Shown: positions 1 to 11,650, numbered from the stretch's first letter. The stretch is DNA of 64,000 bases from Bdellovibrionales bacterium (GCA_965219095.1 CBDCMT010000001.1:320001-384000); one strand, 5' to 3'. The notes: generated by a model from the letters alone, not told the origin. Made by a program: numbers and translations.

Positions 1-68
1 GGAAGCGAGGACCTTTAGAGTATGATGATTTATTTTTCTTAAGACGTTTGATAAATTACACCTCTTTA

Positions 69-1598
69 TTATTTTACAGGTAAAGTATCTTTAAAACTCT
101 CATCTTTAGGATAAAGTCCTGTATCCTTAGTTTTCATGGCAGGAAAAAAAAGAATATCTCTAATACTGGAACTGTTTGTAAGAATCATAACAAGCCTTTC
201 AATCCCTAATCCTACTCCTCCTGTAGGAGGTAGCCCCATCTCTAAGGCATGTAAGAAATCTTCATCTAAGGTCGTCTTTTTCCCTCTTCCTTCTACAGAG
301 GTCCATTTCTTCTGCTTTTGCATTTTTTCTCTTTGTTCTAAAGGATCATTGAGTTCTGTGTAGGAATTTCCCAGTTCCATACCTGCAACAATAGGTTCAA
401 ACCTTTCTACTAAAGAGTGATCTTTTCTGTGAACTTTTGTAAGAGGAGAAACCTCTACAGGAAAATCATAAATAAAAGTAGGGTTCCAAATATTTTGTTC
501 AGCACAAAGCTCAAAAGCTTCAACGATCATTTCGCCCTTCAAAGAAAAATCCTCTTTATCACTTCCTAAACTTTGAAGCTTCTTAGATAAAGAAGCTTCA
601 TCCATAGAATCTACACAAAAATCTCCATACTTTCTAATAGCCTCCTTAAGACTCATCCTCGTCCATGGGATTGTAAAGTCAATTTCACGATCTTGGTAGG
701 GAAATTTTAAAGACCCTTTAATTTTTTGAATCACAGAAGCACAAAGCTCCTCAAACCTTTTCATTTGATCCTGATAATCAGTATAGGCTTCATAATACTC
801 AAGCATAGTGAACTCGGGATTATGCGTACGATCCATTCCTTCATTTCTAAAATTAACCCCAAGTTCATAAACTTTATCCAACCCTCCTACAACAAGACGT
901 TTTAAATAAAGTTCCGGACTAATTTTTAAAAAAAGATTCATATTAAGAGCTTTATGATAGGTTTGAAAAGGTTCTGCACTAGCCCCCCCATAAAGAGGTT
1001 GTAAGGCAGGGGTTTGAACTTCTAAAAAATCCTCTTTATCAAGGTAGGCTCTTATTTCTTTTATGATATAAGAACGCATCTGAAACACTTTTTTTACATC
1101 AGGATTCATAATTAGATCTAAATGCCTCTGACGGTAACGTACTTCGGTATCTATAATGCCATGAAACTTTTCAGGTAAAGTTTCTATACTTTTACAAAGA
1201 ATTATAAAGTCTTCACAATAAACACTCAGTTCTCCCTTTCTGGTTCTAAACACAAACCCTTCAACACCCACAATATCTCCTATATCAAGATATTTAAAAA
1301 AGTCTTGTGCTTTTTGAGATAGATCTTTAGGAACAATGTAAGCTTGAATTTGCCCTTCCCGATCCTGAATATGAAAAAAAGAAGCCTTTCCCATTTTTCT
1401 CAATGTCATAAGGCGTCCCGCTAAAATAACTTTTTTTTCTTTAATAGACTCTCCAGAAAGTAGTTTTTTATGTTCTTCGTTTAACACTTTAGAAGTCGTA
1501 TTAGGTTTATAATTATGTGCAAAGGGATTAAGACCTAAGCTTTTAAGCTTTTTTAATTTTTTTATTTTTTCAGCTTTTAAAACATTCTCTTCGGACAT
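69..1598 (-). CDS. lysS: Lysyl-tRNA synthetase (class II)
   Basis: GRLM..RKMGKASF anticodon-binding domain, YRQRHLDL, FRNEG..HNPEFTMLE and GLPPTGGVGLGIERL motifs. Confidence 0.98.
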   Translation of the reverse strand: MSEENVLKAEKIKKLKKLKSLGLNPFAHNYKPNTTSKVLNEEHKKLLSGESIKEKKVILAGRLMTLRKMGKASFFHIQDREGQIQAYIVPKDLSQKAQDFFKYLDIGDIVGVEGFVFRTRKGELSVYCEDFIILCKSIETLPEKFHGIIDTEVRYRQRHLDLIMNPDVKKVFQMRSYIIKEIRAYLDKEDFLEVQTPALQPLYGGASAEPFQTYHKALNMNLFLKISPELYLKRLVVGGLDKVYELGVNFRNEGMDRTHNPEFTMLEYYEAYTDYQDQMKRFEELCASVIQKIKGSLKFPYQDREIDFTIPWTRMSLKEAIRKYGDFCVDSMDEASLSKKLQSLGSDKEDFSLKGEMIVEAFELCAEQNIWNPTFIYDFPVEVSPLTKVHRKDHSLVERFEPIVAGMELGNSYTELNDPLEQREKMQKQKKWTSVEGRGKKTTLDEDFLHALEMGLPPTGGVGLGIERLVMILTNSSSIRDILFFPAMKTKDTGLYPKDESFKDTLPVK

Positions 1599-2555
1599 CT
1601 AAGCTCCTGTATAAATAGACATAATTTTTTGAATCAATTCAACAGCTTCAGACTCTTCTCTTTGAAACACATTACGTCCCATGATACTACCAAAAGCCCC
1701 TCCTCTTGCCAATTGCCTAACCTCTTCTAAAATCTCCTCATCACCACGTATAACACCTCCGCTAAAGATCACAATCCTACGTCCACTAAAACAAGAGTCT
1801 ACAACATAACGAACTCTGTCACTTAAAGAGTCCATAGGAATGTTTTGAGATAAAAAAACTTTTTTTGATTCTGGATGCTCTAAGGATGCATTCGGTGGTT
1901 TCACTTTGATGATGTGAGCTCCTAATTGAGCTGCAATATGAGCTGCATAAGAAACAACATCCAAAGCTGTTTCTCCTTGAGAACTTAAATCTCCTCCCCG
2001 AGGGTAGGACCAAATGACAACCAAAAGCCCTTTATTTTTGGCTTCTTCAGCTAAGAGAGCCAATTCCTCATACATTTGCTTTCTTTCTAAACTTCCTGGA
2101 TAAATAGTAAAACCTATACCTATACACCCTAAACTCAAAGCCCTTTGAACAGAACTGGTTATCGCAGGAATAGGGCTTCTTTGATCCTTGAAAAGACTAT
2201 CAGAGTTGTTGAGCTTTAAAATCAGAGGCACCTCTCCAGGAAAATCTCTACCCGAAGCTTCTAAAAAACCTAAAGGTGCTGCATAAGCACTCACCTTAGC
2301 TCTCACAGCTAAACGGAAATGGTAATGAGGATTATAACTCTTAGGATTCAAAGAGAAACTCCTTACAGGACCATGCTCAAAGCCCTGGTCCACAGGTAAA
2401 ATCAGAAGTCTTCCTGTTCCCCCTAATGAACCCTGGTTTAAAAGAAGGGCTAAGTTTCTTAAAACTCCAATGTTCTCAGAACCATACCAGCTTAAAATTT
2501 CACGTACTCTTGGTGCCATAGCTCCTAACTTATCATTAAGGAAACTACAAGTCAA
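1599..2555 (-). CDS. fbaB: Class I fructose-bisphosphate aldolase (DhnA/FbaB family)
   Basis: ILPVDQGFEHGP, WSYPRG, AAQLGAHIIKVK and GSIMGRN motifs; true start may be the ATG at 2519. Confidence 0.92.
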   Translation of the reverse strand: MTCSFLNDKLGAMAPRVREILSWYGSENIGVLRNLALLLNQGSLGGTGRLLILPVDQGFEHGPVRSFSLNPKSYNPHYHFRLAVRAKVSAYAAPLGFLEASGRDFPGEVPLILKLNNSDSLFKDQRSPIPAITSSVQRALSLGCIGIGFTIYPGSLERKQMYEELALLAEEAKNKGLLVVIWSYPRGGDLSSQGETALDVVSYAAHIAAQLGAHIIKVKPPNASLEHPESKKVFLSQNIPMDSLSDRVRYVVDSCFSGRRIVIFSGGVIRGDEEILEEVRQLARGGAFGSIMGRNVFQREESEAVELIQKIMSIYTGA

Positions 2556-2708
2556 AATACCTCAAAACTTCATATGCAAACTAAACCCTCTTCACACACC
2601 ACTCTTCTTACGAAAAATCATCCCCTTTCTGATTTCTTCGCTTTTACTTATGGCTTTCTTCTGACTCTCTTTTTTTGAAATTTAAAAGGGCCTGACTTCG
2701 AGTTCTTA

Positions 2709-2752
2709 TACCATTTCCAAAAATTAATTCGACATTCTTTTAATGCATAGCC
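2709..2752 (+). mobile_element. Isolated left end of IS630 lineage A
   Basis: TA-taccatttccaaaaattaattcgacatt matches the left end at 7855 and the inverted copy ending at 61149. Confidence 0.8.
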
Positions 2753-2755
2753 TCC

Positions 2756-3127
2756 GAGGATGTCCGTAATCCCGTTAGAGTTTCAGAAGGGACTTTTTCA
2801 TAATTAAGCTATCTCCATTTGTTTTTCAAGGGTTATTTTATTTATTTCTTCTATAAATAGAGGGATTTGTTTATGTCCCCTGATAGTGCGAAATTTTTTC
2901 TCGACATGTAACAAGGAAGCTGCGACCCATAAGGAGATTTGTCGAGGATTTTTTTTCCAATTCTTCACTCTTCCTGTTTGTTGACGAACGATAGAGAAGG
3001 CACTTTCTATTGGGTTCGTAGAGCTTAAAGTCTTTCGTAAAAGAGGAGGAGTTTTTAAACGAAGGACTGTCAATGTTTCTAAATGGGCTTCTTTAAGACT
3101 TTCTGAAGCTTCAGAGCTTATTTTTTT
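2756..3127 (-). mobile_element. IS256-family 3' fragment truncated by ISL3
   Basis: STNPIESAFS motif; near-identical to the copy starting at 60273; terminal gaggatgtccgtaatcc. Confidence 0.85.
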
Positions 3128-4645
3128 GGCTCCTCCCGGGAATCTGTGGGTGAAAAGTAGTAGAAATCCCCCAAAAAGGCTCATATTAATCAAAGCAAGA
3201 GTAAGACATTCTATCTTGTATTTTTGAGTTCTTTGAGGCCTTACTGGCCTCTATCACCTCCGGTGATTGAACTCAAAAACATTCATTTTATTTGCTTTTA
3301 TTTGCTGTGTTACATTAAAATTTTAAAAAAGAAGCACCTACTTCCCAGATGCCTTAAAATGTTATTCAAAAAAAAAAAAAAGGAGGGAAGAGATGCTTTT
3401 GAAGACTATACTAAATGATTGTTTAAGATGGAAGTCTTTTGTGTACGAAGACATTTATTTTTCAAAAGATAGAAAGTCAATTAATGTTCCTATTAAGGCT
3501 CGTAAAAATGGCCAAGCTTTTTGTAGTGTTTGTAAGAAGCCCTGTTCAGTGTATGACAGCAGTAAATCATCACGGGACTTTGAATCCCTTCCTATTTTAA
3601 GTTACAGGGTGTTTTTTGTTTATTTTGTAAGAAGAGTTAATTGTCCTTGCTGTGGGGTAAAAGTTGAGTATTTACCTTGGGCCGATGGTAAGAAGAGTTT
3701 AACGATCTTTTACATGAAGTACTTAGCAGACTGGTGTCGTCACCTGTCTTGGAAAGAGGTTTCTTGTAAGTTTCATGTCAGTTGGAATCAGGTCTATGCT
3801 TCGGTAGAATGGGTCGTAGAATATGGTTTAAAACAAAGGGTTTTAAAGGGGATATATGCTATAGGAGTCGACGAGATACAATGGAAAAAGAACCATCAGT
3901 ATCTCACCTTAGTCTATGAAATAAGCAAAGAAAGTGTTCGTTTGCTATGGATAGGAGAAAAAAAACAGAAAAGAGTTTTAGAAAATTCTTTGATTTACTA
4001 GGAGAGAAGTCAAAAGAGATACGGTTTGTGTGCTCTGACATGTGGAAGCCTTATTTAAAAGTCATAAAGGAGAGGGCAAGTCAAGCTTTGAATATATTAG
4101 ATCGGTTTCATATCGTAGCAAGACTCAATAAGGCTTTAGACGAAGTGAGAGCTTCAGAACACAAAAAAATGAAAGAAGATGGGTATGAACCCCTTTTAAC
4201 AAAAGCTAGATGGCCCTTGTTAAAAAATGCAGAAAATTTAAAATCTTATGAAAAAGTAAAATTAAGGCATTTAATACAGTACAATTTAAAAAGTATCCGC
4301 TGTTATTTTTTAAAAGAAGACTTCCGACAGTTATGGACCTATGTTTCACCAACTTGGTCTGGTAAATTTATAGACAGTTGGACGAGACGAGTCATGCTTT
4401 CAAAAATTGAACCTATGAAAAGAGAAGCAAAAACCATACGAAGACATAAGCTACTTATTCTTAATTACTTCAAGGCTAAAAAAACCTTCTCCTCAGGGAT
4501 TGTAGAGGGTTTAAACAACAAAGTAAAACTCACTATGAGAAAATCTTACGGCTTTAGAACCTCTAAAGCTATAAAAATCGCCTTATATCATAACCTTGGA
4601 AAACTGCCAGAACCTCCGGGAACCCACAGATTCTTTTGAGGAGGC
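3128..4645 (+). mobile_element. ISL3-family IS
   Basis: Ends ggctcctcccgggaatctgtggg / cccacagattcttttgaggaggc flank a zinc-finger + DDE transposase. Confidence 0.9.
3393..4639 (+). pseudogene. ISL3 transposase, split at an A8 run near 3958-3965
   Basis: ORFs 3393-4001 (CxxC, IGVDE) and 3947-4639 (CSDMW, DRFH, VEGLNNKVK..R..YGFR). Confidence 0.85.
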
Positions 4646-4650
4646 ATTTT

Positions 4651-4688
4651 GCCTCCTCAAAAGAATCTGTGGGTTCCCGGGAGGAGCC
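4651..4688 (-). mobile_element. 38-bp ISL3-derived mini element
   Basis: gcctcctcaaaagaatctgtgggttcccgggaggagcc is both ISL3 ends fused; identical at 50081-50118. Confidence 0.85.
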
Positions 4689-4849
4689 TTTAGTTTTAAA
4701 TCATGAATTCCAAAGATTTAAAACCTTAGATTATAGTAAATTTCAGGAATAGAGGATGTGCTATTCGTCGAAATGAATTTTTTATAAATATCATTTTTAT
4801 TAAGCTATCTATCCTCACCTCATAAAGTCATTATTTGTATTGTTACTTA

Positions 4850-6570
4850 CCTAAATTTGAGACAATTTTTACTCACTAGGATTTAAGAAAGTATGGAAGT
4901 GCGATTTCTCAAAATTCCTAAATTTATGGAATTCAGTATTTTTTCTTGCTTCTTATTTAAAGTAACAGTTTTCATCAACCTTACTTTTTTCTTTTTATCA
5001 GAAAAATAAACATTATACATTGTTTCCAGCTCCTCAATGGCTTTTTGTGGAGATATTCCAACATTTTTATGATTTAATCTCATTTTTAAAATTGATAATA
5101 AAAGATAGGATAAATAACATATGAACACATGGGCTTTAACTTTTTTGTTTAGCCAAAATCTGATAGGTTGTATATTCGAGATACCTTTCAATACTTTAAA
5201 AGCTTGTTCTATAACATCCTTGTCAAAATAAATCCTTACCATTTCCTTTTCTGAAATGGATTTCTTTGTGCAGAAAAGACAAAAAAATCCATCCAACTCT
5301 TCCTCTCTTTTTAAAAGCTCTGTCCTGATTCTGCCAGTGGCTGTTAAATATCTTTCAAAACGTTCATTTATCTTTTTCCCTTTTTTTCTTAATTCTTGAG
5401 CCTCAAGAAAGCCCAATCTTCTTGATTCTGTTTCCTCTAATTTTTTCGATGCATTATAACAAATTACCAATTTTCCACTAATTGAAGCTAATTTATAAGC
5501 AACTCCTCCCACATAAAAACTACTCTTATTGACTCGGACTATGCTTGATATGTTGTCCAGGAATTTTTTATTTGAAAACTTTCTTATAATAGCCTTTTCT
5601 TTCTCTCGAATGGGCAAGCCACATAAGGTATTTAAGCCTATTTCTCTAGAGGACATCAGATTTTTTTTAGAAACTACACCCCGATCATAAACAAACAGTT
5701 GAGGACGAATTTGACTTTTTCGTAAATACTCTAGAACGCATGAAAGAGTTCTTGCGTCATGAATATTTCCATCAAATGTTTTGTGAAATACAGGAACTCC
5801 TTCATTTTGTGTTGTCACCAAAGCTATTTGAATAAGATCATTTTGTCTTTGACCATCCTTACTTCTTCCTTGTTTTCCCATTGAGCAGGCCTTTCCATGA
5901 AAATAAGTGTTTGTAGTGTCATAAACTAGACCTTTGGTATCTAATTTATATGTTCTCTTGACCTTATTAAAGATGGTTTTCTGATAAGCTTCTATTTTCT
6001 CATCGTTAATACTGTCCATTGCAGAAACCAATCGACTTTCTGTCAAAGAATCTAAGTTTAGAAGCAAATTTAAATCAGTTCTTTCATACCATTTTGGCAT
6101 ATTCCGTAAGCTTTTATAATTTATACAGTGAGCGTAAGTCATGCTTAGTATTTCGTTGGAGTATTCCCCCTAAAATTTCTGGAAGATTTATTTTTTTTGC
6201 AATGCTGTGAAAGGCAAGCAAGGGACCATAGATTTTTACACCATCCATTTGAATATCTTTTGATGAAAGAGAAATGACAGCCTCTTTATTAACTTCTTTT
6301 CCAATATGACGGATGTATTTCTGAACAACTTTACCTTTAACCCATCGATTTTCTACTTCTGCAAGATAAACGACACTACCCTTTTTGTATCTTCTAATAA
6401 AGCTCATGAACACCTCCTAGTGAGTATAATACTCACTATAAACCTAAGAAAAGTCAAGGCTTATTTTTCTTTGGATTGAAAATTCCTGTATTTCCCCTAT
6501 AGAAATGGAGTTTCTTTGAGGTGACCTAAAATGGAAAATCCTAGTGAGTAAAATTTATCTCGAATTTAGG
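4850..6570 (-). mobile_element. IS1634-family IS with frameshifted transposase (ORFs 6114-6413 and 4883-6142)
   Basis: IRs cctaaatttgagacaatttttactcactagg / cctagtgagtaaaatttatctcgaatttagg; YDTTNTYF, YDRG and IEQAFK motifs; extra G in a G5 run near 6166; no TSD. Confidence 0.88.
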
Positions 6571-6658
6571 CAGTTACAATATCTTTTGATTTGCCTGTCA
6601 TCCTTGCAATGGCCATGTTACTTTGTGCCCAATCTACGGCTATATAGTGATCATACAT
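6571..6658 (-). pseudogene. N-terminal fragment of an IS110-family (DEDD) recombinase
   Basis: Manual translation MYDHYIAVDWAQSNMAIARMTGKSKDIVT with a GAGGAGG RBS; cut by the IS1634 end. Confidence 0.6.
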
Positions 6659-6871
6659 TTTATTTTCCTCCTTTGTTGGTTTATTTATAAATAAAGTCTT
6701 GAAATCCTATTTTACATCTTTTTTTTGCTTTTTCCTTTTTTTCGAGTAAGCCTTCACAAAAATACAGGCTTAATCGAAAAAAAGGGAAAACACCCTTTGA
6801 GGCCTTAAAAACCAGGACAGCTAAAGGGTTTAGAATTTGTCTCGAAAATCACCTCCTTCTGCAAGTACTTT

Positions 6872-7010
6872 AGGGTCACTATCATGGCTTAAACCAGTGA
6901 CCTGTCTTTTTGATTTACCGTCGAATTAATTTCTGTAATTGGTATTATCGGTAAATCATCTATGAACAAAGAAAAAGCAGGTCACTAGTTTAAGCCATGA
7001 TAGTGACTCT
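6872..7010. mobile_element. MITE-like element with 33-bp terminal inverted repeats
   Basis: agggtcactatcatggcttaaaccagtgacctg / caggtcactagtttaagccatgatagtgactct (2 mismatches); carries an IS630-A right end at 6920-6945. Confidence 0.7.
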
Positions 7011-7137
7011 TTTTGTGTGATTTCTAACTACTTTTTACTTACAGATTCTTTTGAGAGGTAAAAAAGAAAATATTTTAGTCTAAAGCCTAAGTCTAAAGGT
7101 TGAAAAAATTTTTTGATAGACTTAGACTTATTAAGAA

Positions 7138-7767
7138 ATGAAATTTAGTGAAAAAATTAACAATTCTATCTTTAGTGAAAAAGAAATTCTTATAAAACAA
7201 AAAATGAAGACCTGGGAAACTATTACTAACATTGAACAAGCTAATTCATATGAAATTCTTTCTTCCTTAAGAAAAAACTTGGGCTTTATAGAAGAGGTCT
7301 CTATAGGGTTTAAAAACACTATTTTACGTAACATATTATCCCATTATCGTAATTTTAAATTCCAGGTTTTTGATGAAGATTGCAAGCCTTTTCTTTGGTT
7401 TGAAAGGAAGTCACTCCACCCTTTTTCTCCTACTATGGTTTATGGAAAAAACAACCGTCGTTTAGGATCTGTGAAAAAACGATTCTCTCTTTTTTACAAG
7501 AAATACGTTATATGTGATAACTCTGGAAGAGTTTTTAGTACTATTCAATCTCCTTTCTGGAAGTTATGGAGTTTTCCTATTTTAGATCTTCATGGCAGGC
7601 CTAGAGGAAAGATCCAGAAACAATGGGGAGGAATTGTGAAAGAAGCTGCAACCAATGTTGATCAGTTTAAAATAGAATTTCCCGAGGATTCCTCCTTTGA
7701 ACAAAAGTCACTTTTTCTAGTAGCCTCCATAGTTATTGACTTCAATCATTTTGAAGCAAGAAACTGA
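7138..7767 (+). CDS. Scramblase / LURP-one-related protein
   Basis: EQANSYEI, G.VKKRFS...KKY, GKIQKQWGG..KE......DQF.IEFP pattern. Confidence 0.75.
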   Translation: MKFSEKINNSIFSEKEILIKQKMKTWETITNIEQANSYEILSSLRKNLGFIEEVSIGFKNTILRNILSHYRNFKFQVFDEDCKPFLWFERKSLHPFSPTMVYGKNNRRLGSVKKRFSLFYKKYVICDNSGRVFSTIQSPFWKLWSFPILDLHGRPRGKIQKQWGGIVKEAATNVDQFKIEFPEDSSFEQKSLFLVASIVIDFNHFEARN

Positions 7768-8475
7768 AGAAAAATTTTCTTGTCATTTGAGTTTAGTTTT
7801 TCAAAAGAAGTTTGGTAAGAGAGTAGTTTTGTAACTTAAAATTCCGATAAAATATACCATTTCCAAAAATTAATTCGACATTGTTTTAATGCATTGCGTC
7901 CTGGCTTTTTGATAAAACTCTGTTAAATTTTTAGAGTCATGTCGAAAAAAGATTTAGTTACACAGATTCAAGGGTATGATTTTCTTTCTACTTACAAAGT
8001 AGAAAGAAGTGCCAACATCAAGACAAAATTATTGGCTTTGCAGCATATGCAAGAAGGAAAATCGATTCAAGAAACAGCAGGTATAGTTTTCTATCATCGT
8101 CACAGTATCAAATCCTGGTTACAGTCTTTTTTTGTAGACTTTGATTACGAGGGATTGATAGATCGAGAAGGCAGAGGACGCAAGCCTCGTTTGCCAGTGA
8201 CAGAAGAAGAGAGGTTCAAAATCAAGTTAGATGAAATTCAAGACAAAAGAGAGGGAGGAAGCATAGGAGCAAAGGAAATACAGAAACTTTTAGCAGATGA
8301 ATTTGACTGTTGCTATTCTCTTTCTGGGGTTTATGTTTCTTTAGACCGCCTTAATATTGTATGGATCAGTGGTCGTTCTCTTCATCCTAAAAGTTCACAA
8401 GAAGCTATGAAACAGTTTAAGGAACATTTTCCAGAAGAGGTGGAGAAAATAAAGGAAAAGATTCAGACTAATAAA

Positions 8476-10174
8476 CCTAAATTCGTGACCAAAAATGTAC
8501 ACTACAAAGCTATAATTTCCCATTTTCCATAAAAATCTCAGTTTTCATAGGGGAATTTTCGATTTTTAGATAAAATCACAAAAAATAACTTGCCTTGCAT
8601 TTTCCTTTGTAGTGTAATATATTACACTATAGGAGGGAGAAATATGAGCTTTATCAGAAGAATAAAAAGAGGAAAGGTAACATATCTTGCAGAAGTAGAG
8701 AACAAAAGGGTTGATGGAAAAGTTATCCAAAAGCATATTCGGTACATCGGGAAGAAAGAGAATGGTGAAACTGTAATTTCAATGAGTTCATCTGATCTTG
8801 AAATAGAAAAGGTCAAGGTTTATGGTCCTTTGCTTGTTTTAGATAAAATAGCTAGGGAAATAGATTTGCAAAAATCTCTTGGCCAATACTCCAATGAAAT
8901 ATTAAGCATGGTCTATGCTCACTGTTTAGATTACAAAAGCCTTAGAAAAATGCCAAAATGGTATGAGAGAACAGATTTAAACACTTTGCTAAATTTAGAG
9001 GATCTAACCGAAAGTCGTTTGCTTTCTGCTCTAGATTCTTTAGAGAGTGATCCAGAAAATTTACAGAAGAAAATATTTCAAGGTGTTCAGAAAAGGTACA
9101 ATCTTGAGCTAAAAGGGTTGGTGTACGATGTTACCAATACATACCTTTATGGTAGCAAATGTCAGCTTGGAAAATTAGGAAAGAGTAAGGATGGGAAACG
9201 TGGAAATCCTTTGATTCAAATTGGTTTGGTGACAACTCAAAAAGAAGGAATACCAGTGTTTCATAAAACTTTTAGTGGAAACATACACGATAGCAGGACT
9301 CTACTAAGTTTATCCGATGGATTTGCAAACTATGGACTAAGTGGAGGAATGTTTGTTTACGACAGAGGCATTTTCTCAGAGAGAAACCTCAATGAAATCA
9401 ATGAATTGGGCTGGAATACGCTTTGTGGGATTGCTCTCAGAAAAAAAGAGAAGGATTTGATTAGAAAAATGATAAGGCTAGACTCTATTGTTGATGTATC
9501 CCATCGCATCAGGTTATCAAGTGGTACCTTGTATGCTCAGAGCATTAATCACAATGTTGGAAAAATCAAAGGACGTTTAGTTGTTTGTTACAATCAAAGG
9601 AGAGCTTTAGATATAAGAGAATCTCGTTTGGACGAAATTGCAAACGCACAAATTCTTTTGTCTAAAAATAAAAATATAAAACCAGGTTTGGAAAAATACC
9701 TTACTCCAACAGGAAGATTAAGGAGAGATCGGTTGAATTTAGAATCTGAGTTTGATGGTTACTCTTGTATATTTTCTACAAAAAAGATCTCTACAAAAGA
9801 TATTGTTAATTTGTACTATAAGAAAGAGATAATTGAAAAATCTTTTAGGACCTTAAAGGGAATAACAAATTTGAGACCAATTCGTCATTGGCTTTACAAC
9901 AGAGTTCAATCACATGTCTTTATATGCTATTTATCTTGTCTGATACTTTCAATTCTAAAAATGAAGCTTGAAAAGATGCAGATGTCTCCAGAGGAAGCTC
10001 TTGAAGAACTCGGTAGCATGTATAATGTCTATCTTTATGACCGAAAAAATAAAACTAGACTTATCAAAACAGTAGCTTTGAATAAAGTTCAAGAAAAAAT
10101 ACTAAGATCTATTGGAAAAAGTCTTGTCAAAAAAACGTCCGTCTGTAGTGTACATTTTTGAGCACGAACTCAGG
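8476..10174 (+). mobile_element. IS1634-family IS
   Basis: IRs cctaaattcgtgaccaaaaatgtacactaca / tgtagtgtacatttttgagcacgaactcagg; 7-bp TSD taataaa. Confidence 0.92.
8644..10161 (+). CDS. IS1634 transposase (intact)
   Basis: MSFIRRIKRG start after a GGAGG RBS; YDVTNTYL, YDRG and IEKSFR motifs. Confidence 0.9.
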   Translation: MSFIRRIKRGKVTYLAEVENKRVDGKVIQKHIRYIGKKENGETVISMSSSDLEIEKVKVYGPLLVLDKIAREIDLQKSLGQYSNEILSMVYAHCLDYKSLRKMPKWYERTDLNTLLNLEDLTESRLLSALDSLESDPENLQKKIFQGVQKRYNLELKGLVYDVTNTYLYGSKCQLGKLGKSKDGKRGNPLIQIGLVTTQKEGIPVFHKTFSGNIHDSRTLLSLSDGFANYGLSGGMFVYDRGIFSERNLNEINELGWNTLCGIALRKKEKDLIRKMIRLDSIVDVSHRIRLSSGTLYAQSINHNVGKIKGRLVVCYNQRRALDIRESRLDEIANAQILLSKNKNIKPGLEKYLTPTGRLRRDRLNLESEFDGYSCIFSTKKISTKDIVNLYYKKEIIEKSFRTLKGITNLRPIRHWLYNRVQSHVFICYLSCLILSILKMKLEKMQMSPEEALEELGSMYNVYLYDRKNKTRLIKTVALNKVQEKILRSIGKSLVKKTSVCSVHF

Positions 10175-11156
10175 TAATAAAATAGAGATTTGGTGGCAGG
10201 ATGAATGCAGAATAAGCTCAGCAAGGTTCTTTGAGTAGGATTTGGGCAAGAAAAGGCACACGGCCTAGAGTTGTGAGGCAAAGACAATTTTTATCCACTT
10301 ATATTTTTGGAGCAGTTTGTCCGGATAGAGATAAAGGCTGTGCTTGGATTTTACCGGAATGTAATTCAGGAATGATGCAAATTCACTTAGATGAGATATC
10401 TAAAAATATTCAAGAAAACTATCATGGAATTGTTTTAATGGACAGAGCCAGTTGGCATACCACAGAGACTTTGATAGTTCCTAAGAATTTATCCCTGATG
10501 CCTTTACCTCCTTATAGTCCAGAATTAAATCCCATGGAACAAGTCTGGCAACAATTACGAAGGATCAAATTATCGAATGCATGTTTTAAAAACTATGACC
10601 ATATACTGAATACTTGTTGTGAGGCCTGGAATACTTTTTGCGATCAGGAGGGCAGGATTAAAAAATTATGCACTCGATCTTGGACAAAACAACAAGATGA
10701 ATCAAGCTTGTAAATTAATTTGAACCTATAAATTAAATTGTGTAACTGATTTTTGTCATTTTAAATTTTAACCTCACTTTTTTACACTTATTTTAACCCA
10801 TCAATCGATTTACACAACAAATAGATATACCTGAAATAAACTTATCTTATGAAAACTTAAACTCACCTTAAAAGAAGTTTTTTTAAAACCTCCTAACTGA
10901 AACTTTTCCTTAAGTCAATTTTAAAATTTTAAATTTGAACATGAAAATATCGAATTAATTTCTGTAATTGGTATAACATAACCCATTTAGGCTGTTTTAT
11001 TTTTAAACAGAAAGCTGTGAGAGGATAAATCAAGCTCTCTGTGCTTTAGATTGGAGATGAAAGGTTTGGCATAAATTTTGCTACGTAATGTAAAAACTAA
11101 AGAAGAAAAAAAACAAAAACTGAGTCTTAAAGAGCTCAAAACAATAGGAGGATAAA

Positions 11157-11639
11157 ATGAAACAAATAATAAAACAAATAACTTGGTTGGGAGTATGCTC
11201 TTTATTTTCTATAACTTCTTTTGCAGATATAGAAGATGACAAACAAGTTAAATCGAGTAAAGAAATTCTTTCTGGCACAGGATTTCAAGATGATGAAATT
11301 GACAGTATAGAAAAGGCTTGTAAAAGGCTTACAACAAATAAGTCTCTTCAAGAATACTGTGTTAGCAGTGGTAAAACTATTGAGGTTATAGTAGCCTGTG
11401 GTGGTGAAAGTGAAAGGCAAAAGACTTTAGCTGTGATAAAAACTTGCTTAGACTCTAATCACAGCCCTGAAGTTATACTTACATGTTATGAATCTGGCGG
11501 TAACTCTATTAAACCAAAAGTAACTTGCCTAGAGAATGAAAACATGACAACAAAACAAGCAAACTTTTGTGGTGAGAAGTATAGGAATCTTGTTGACCCA
11601 AGAACGATTTGCTTAGAAAACCAAAATTTTGAAATTTAG
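11157..11639 (+). CDS. Secreted Cys-rich hypothetical protein
   Basis: GGAGG RBS, signal peptide ending SFA-D, periodic cysteines. Confidence 0.7.
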   Translation: MKQIIKQITWLGVCSLFSITSFADIEDDKQVKSSKEILSGTGFQDDEIDSIEKACKRLTTNKSLQEYCVSSGKTIEVIVACGGESERQKTLAVIKTCLDSNHSPEVILTCYESGGNSIKPKVTCLENENMTTKQANFCGEKYRNLVDPRTICLENQNFEI

Positions 11640-11650
11640 AGACTTACTTA

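Larger units (their letters stand above)
7855..10973 (+). mobile_element. IS630 lineage A, interrupted by IS1634
   Basis: TA-flanked IRs taccatttccaaaaattaattcga / tcgaattaatttctgtaattggta; HTH ORF 7939 and DDE ORF 10231-10713 (DRASWH, LPPYSPELNPMEQVW); extra frameshift near 10216. Confidence 0.88.

Noticed and set aside
2804..3193. 129-aa protein
   Set aside because: Chimera of the ISL3 end and the IS256 3' fragment
3955..3968. Programmed frameshift in the ISL3 transposase
   Set aside because: ISL3 transposases are normally one ORF; a homopolymer indel or sequencing error is simpler, as for the G5 run near 6166
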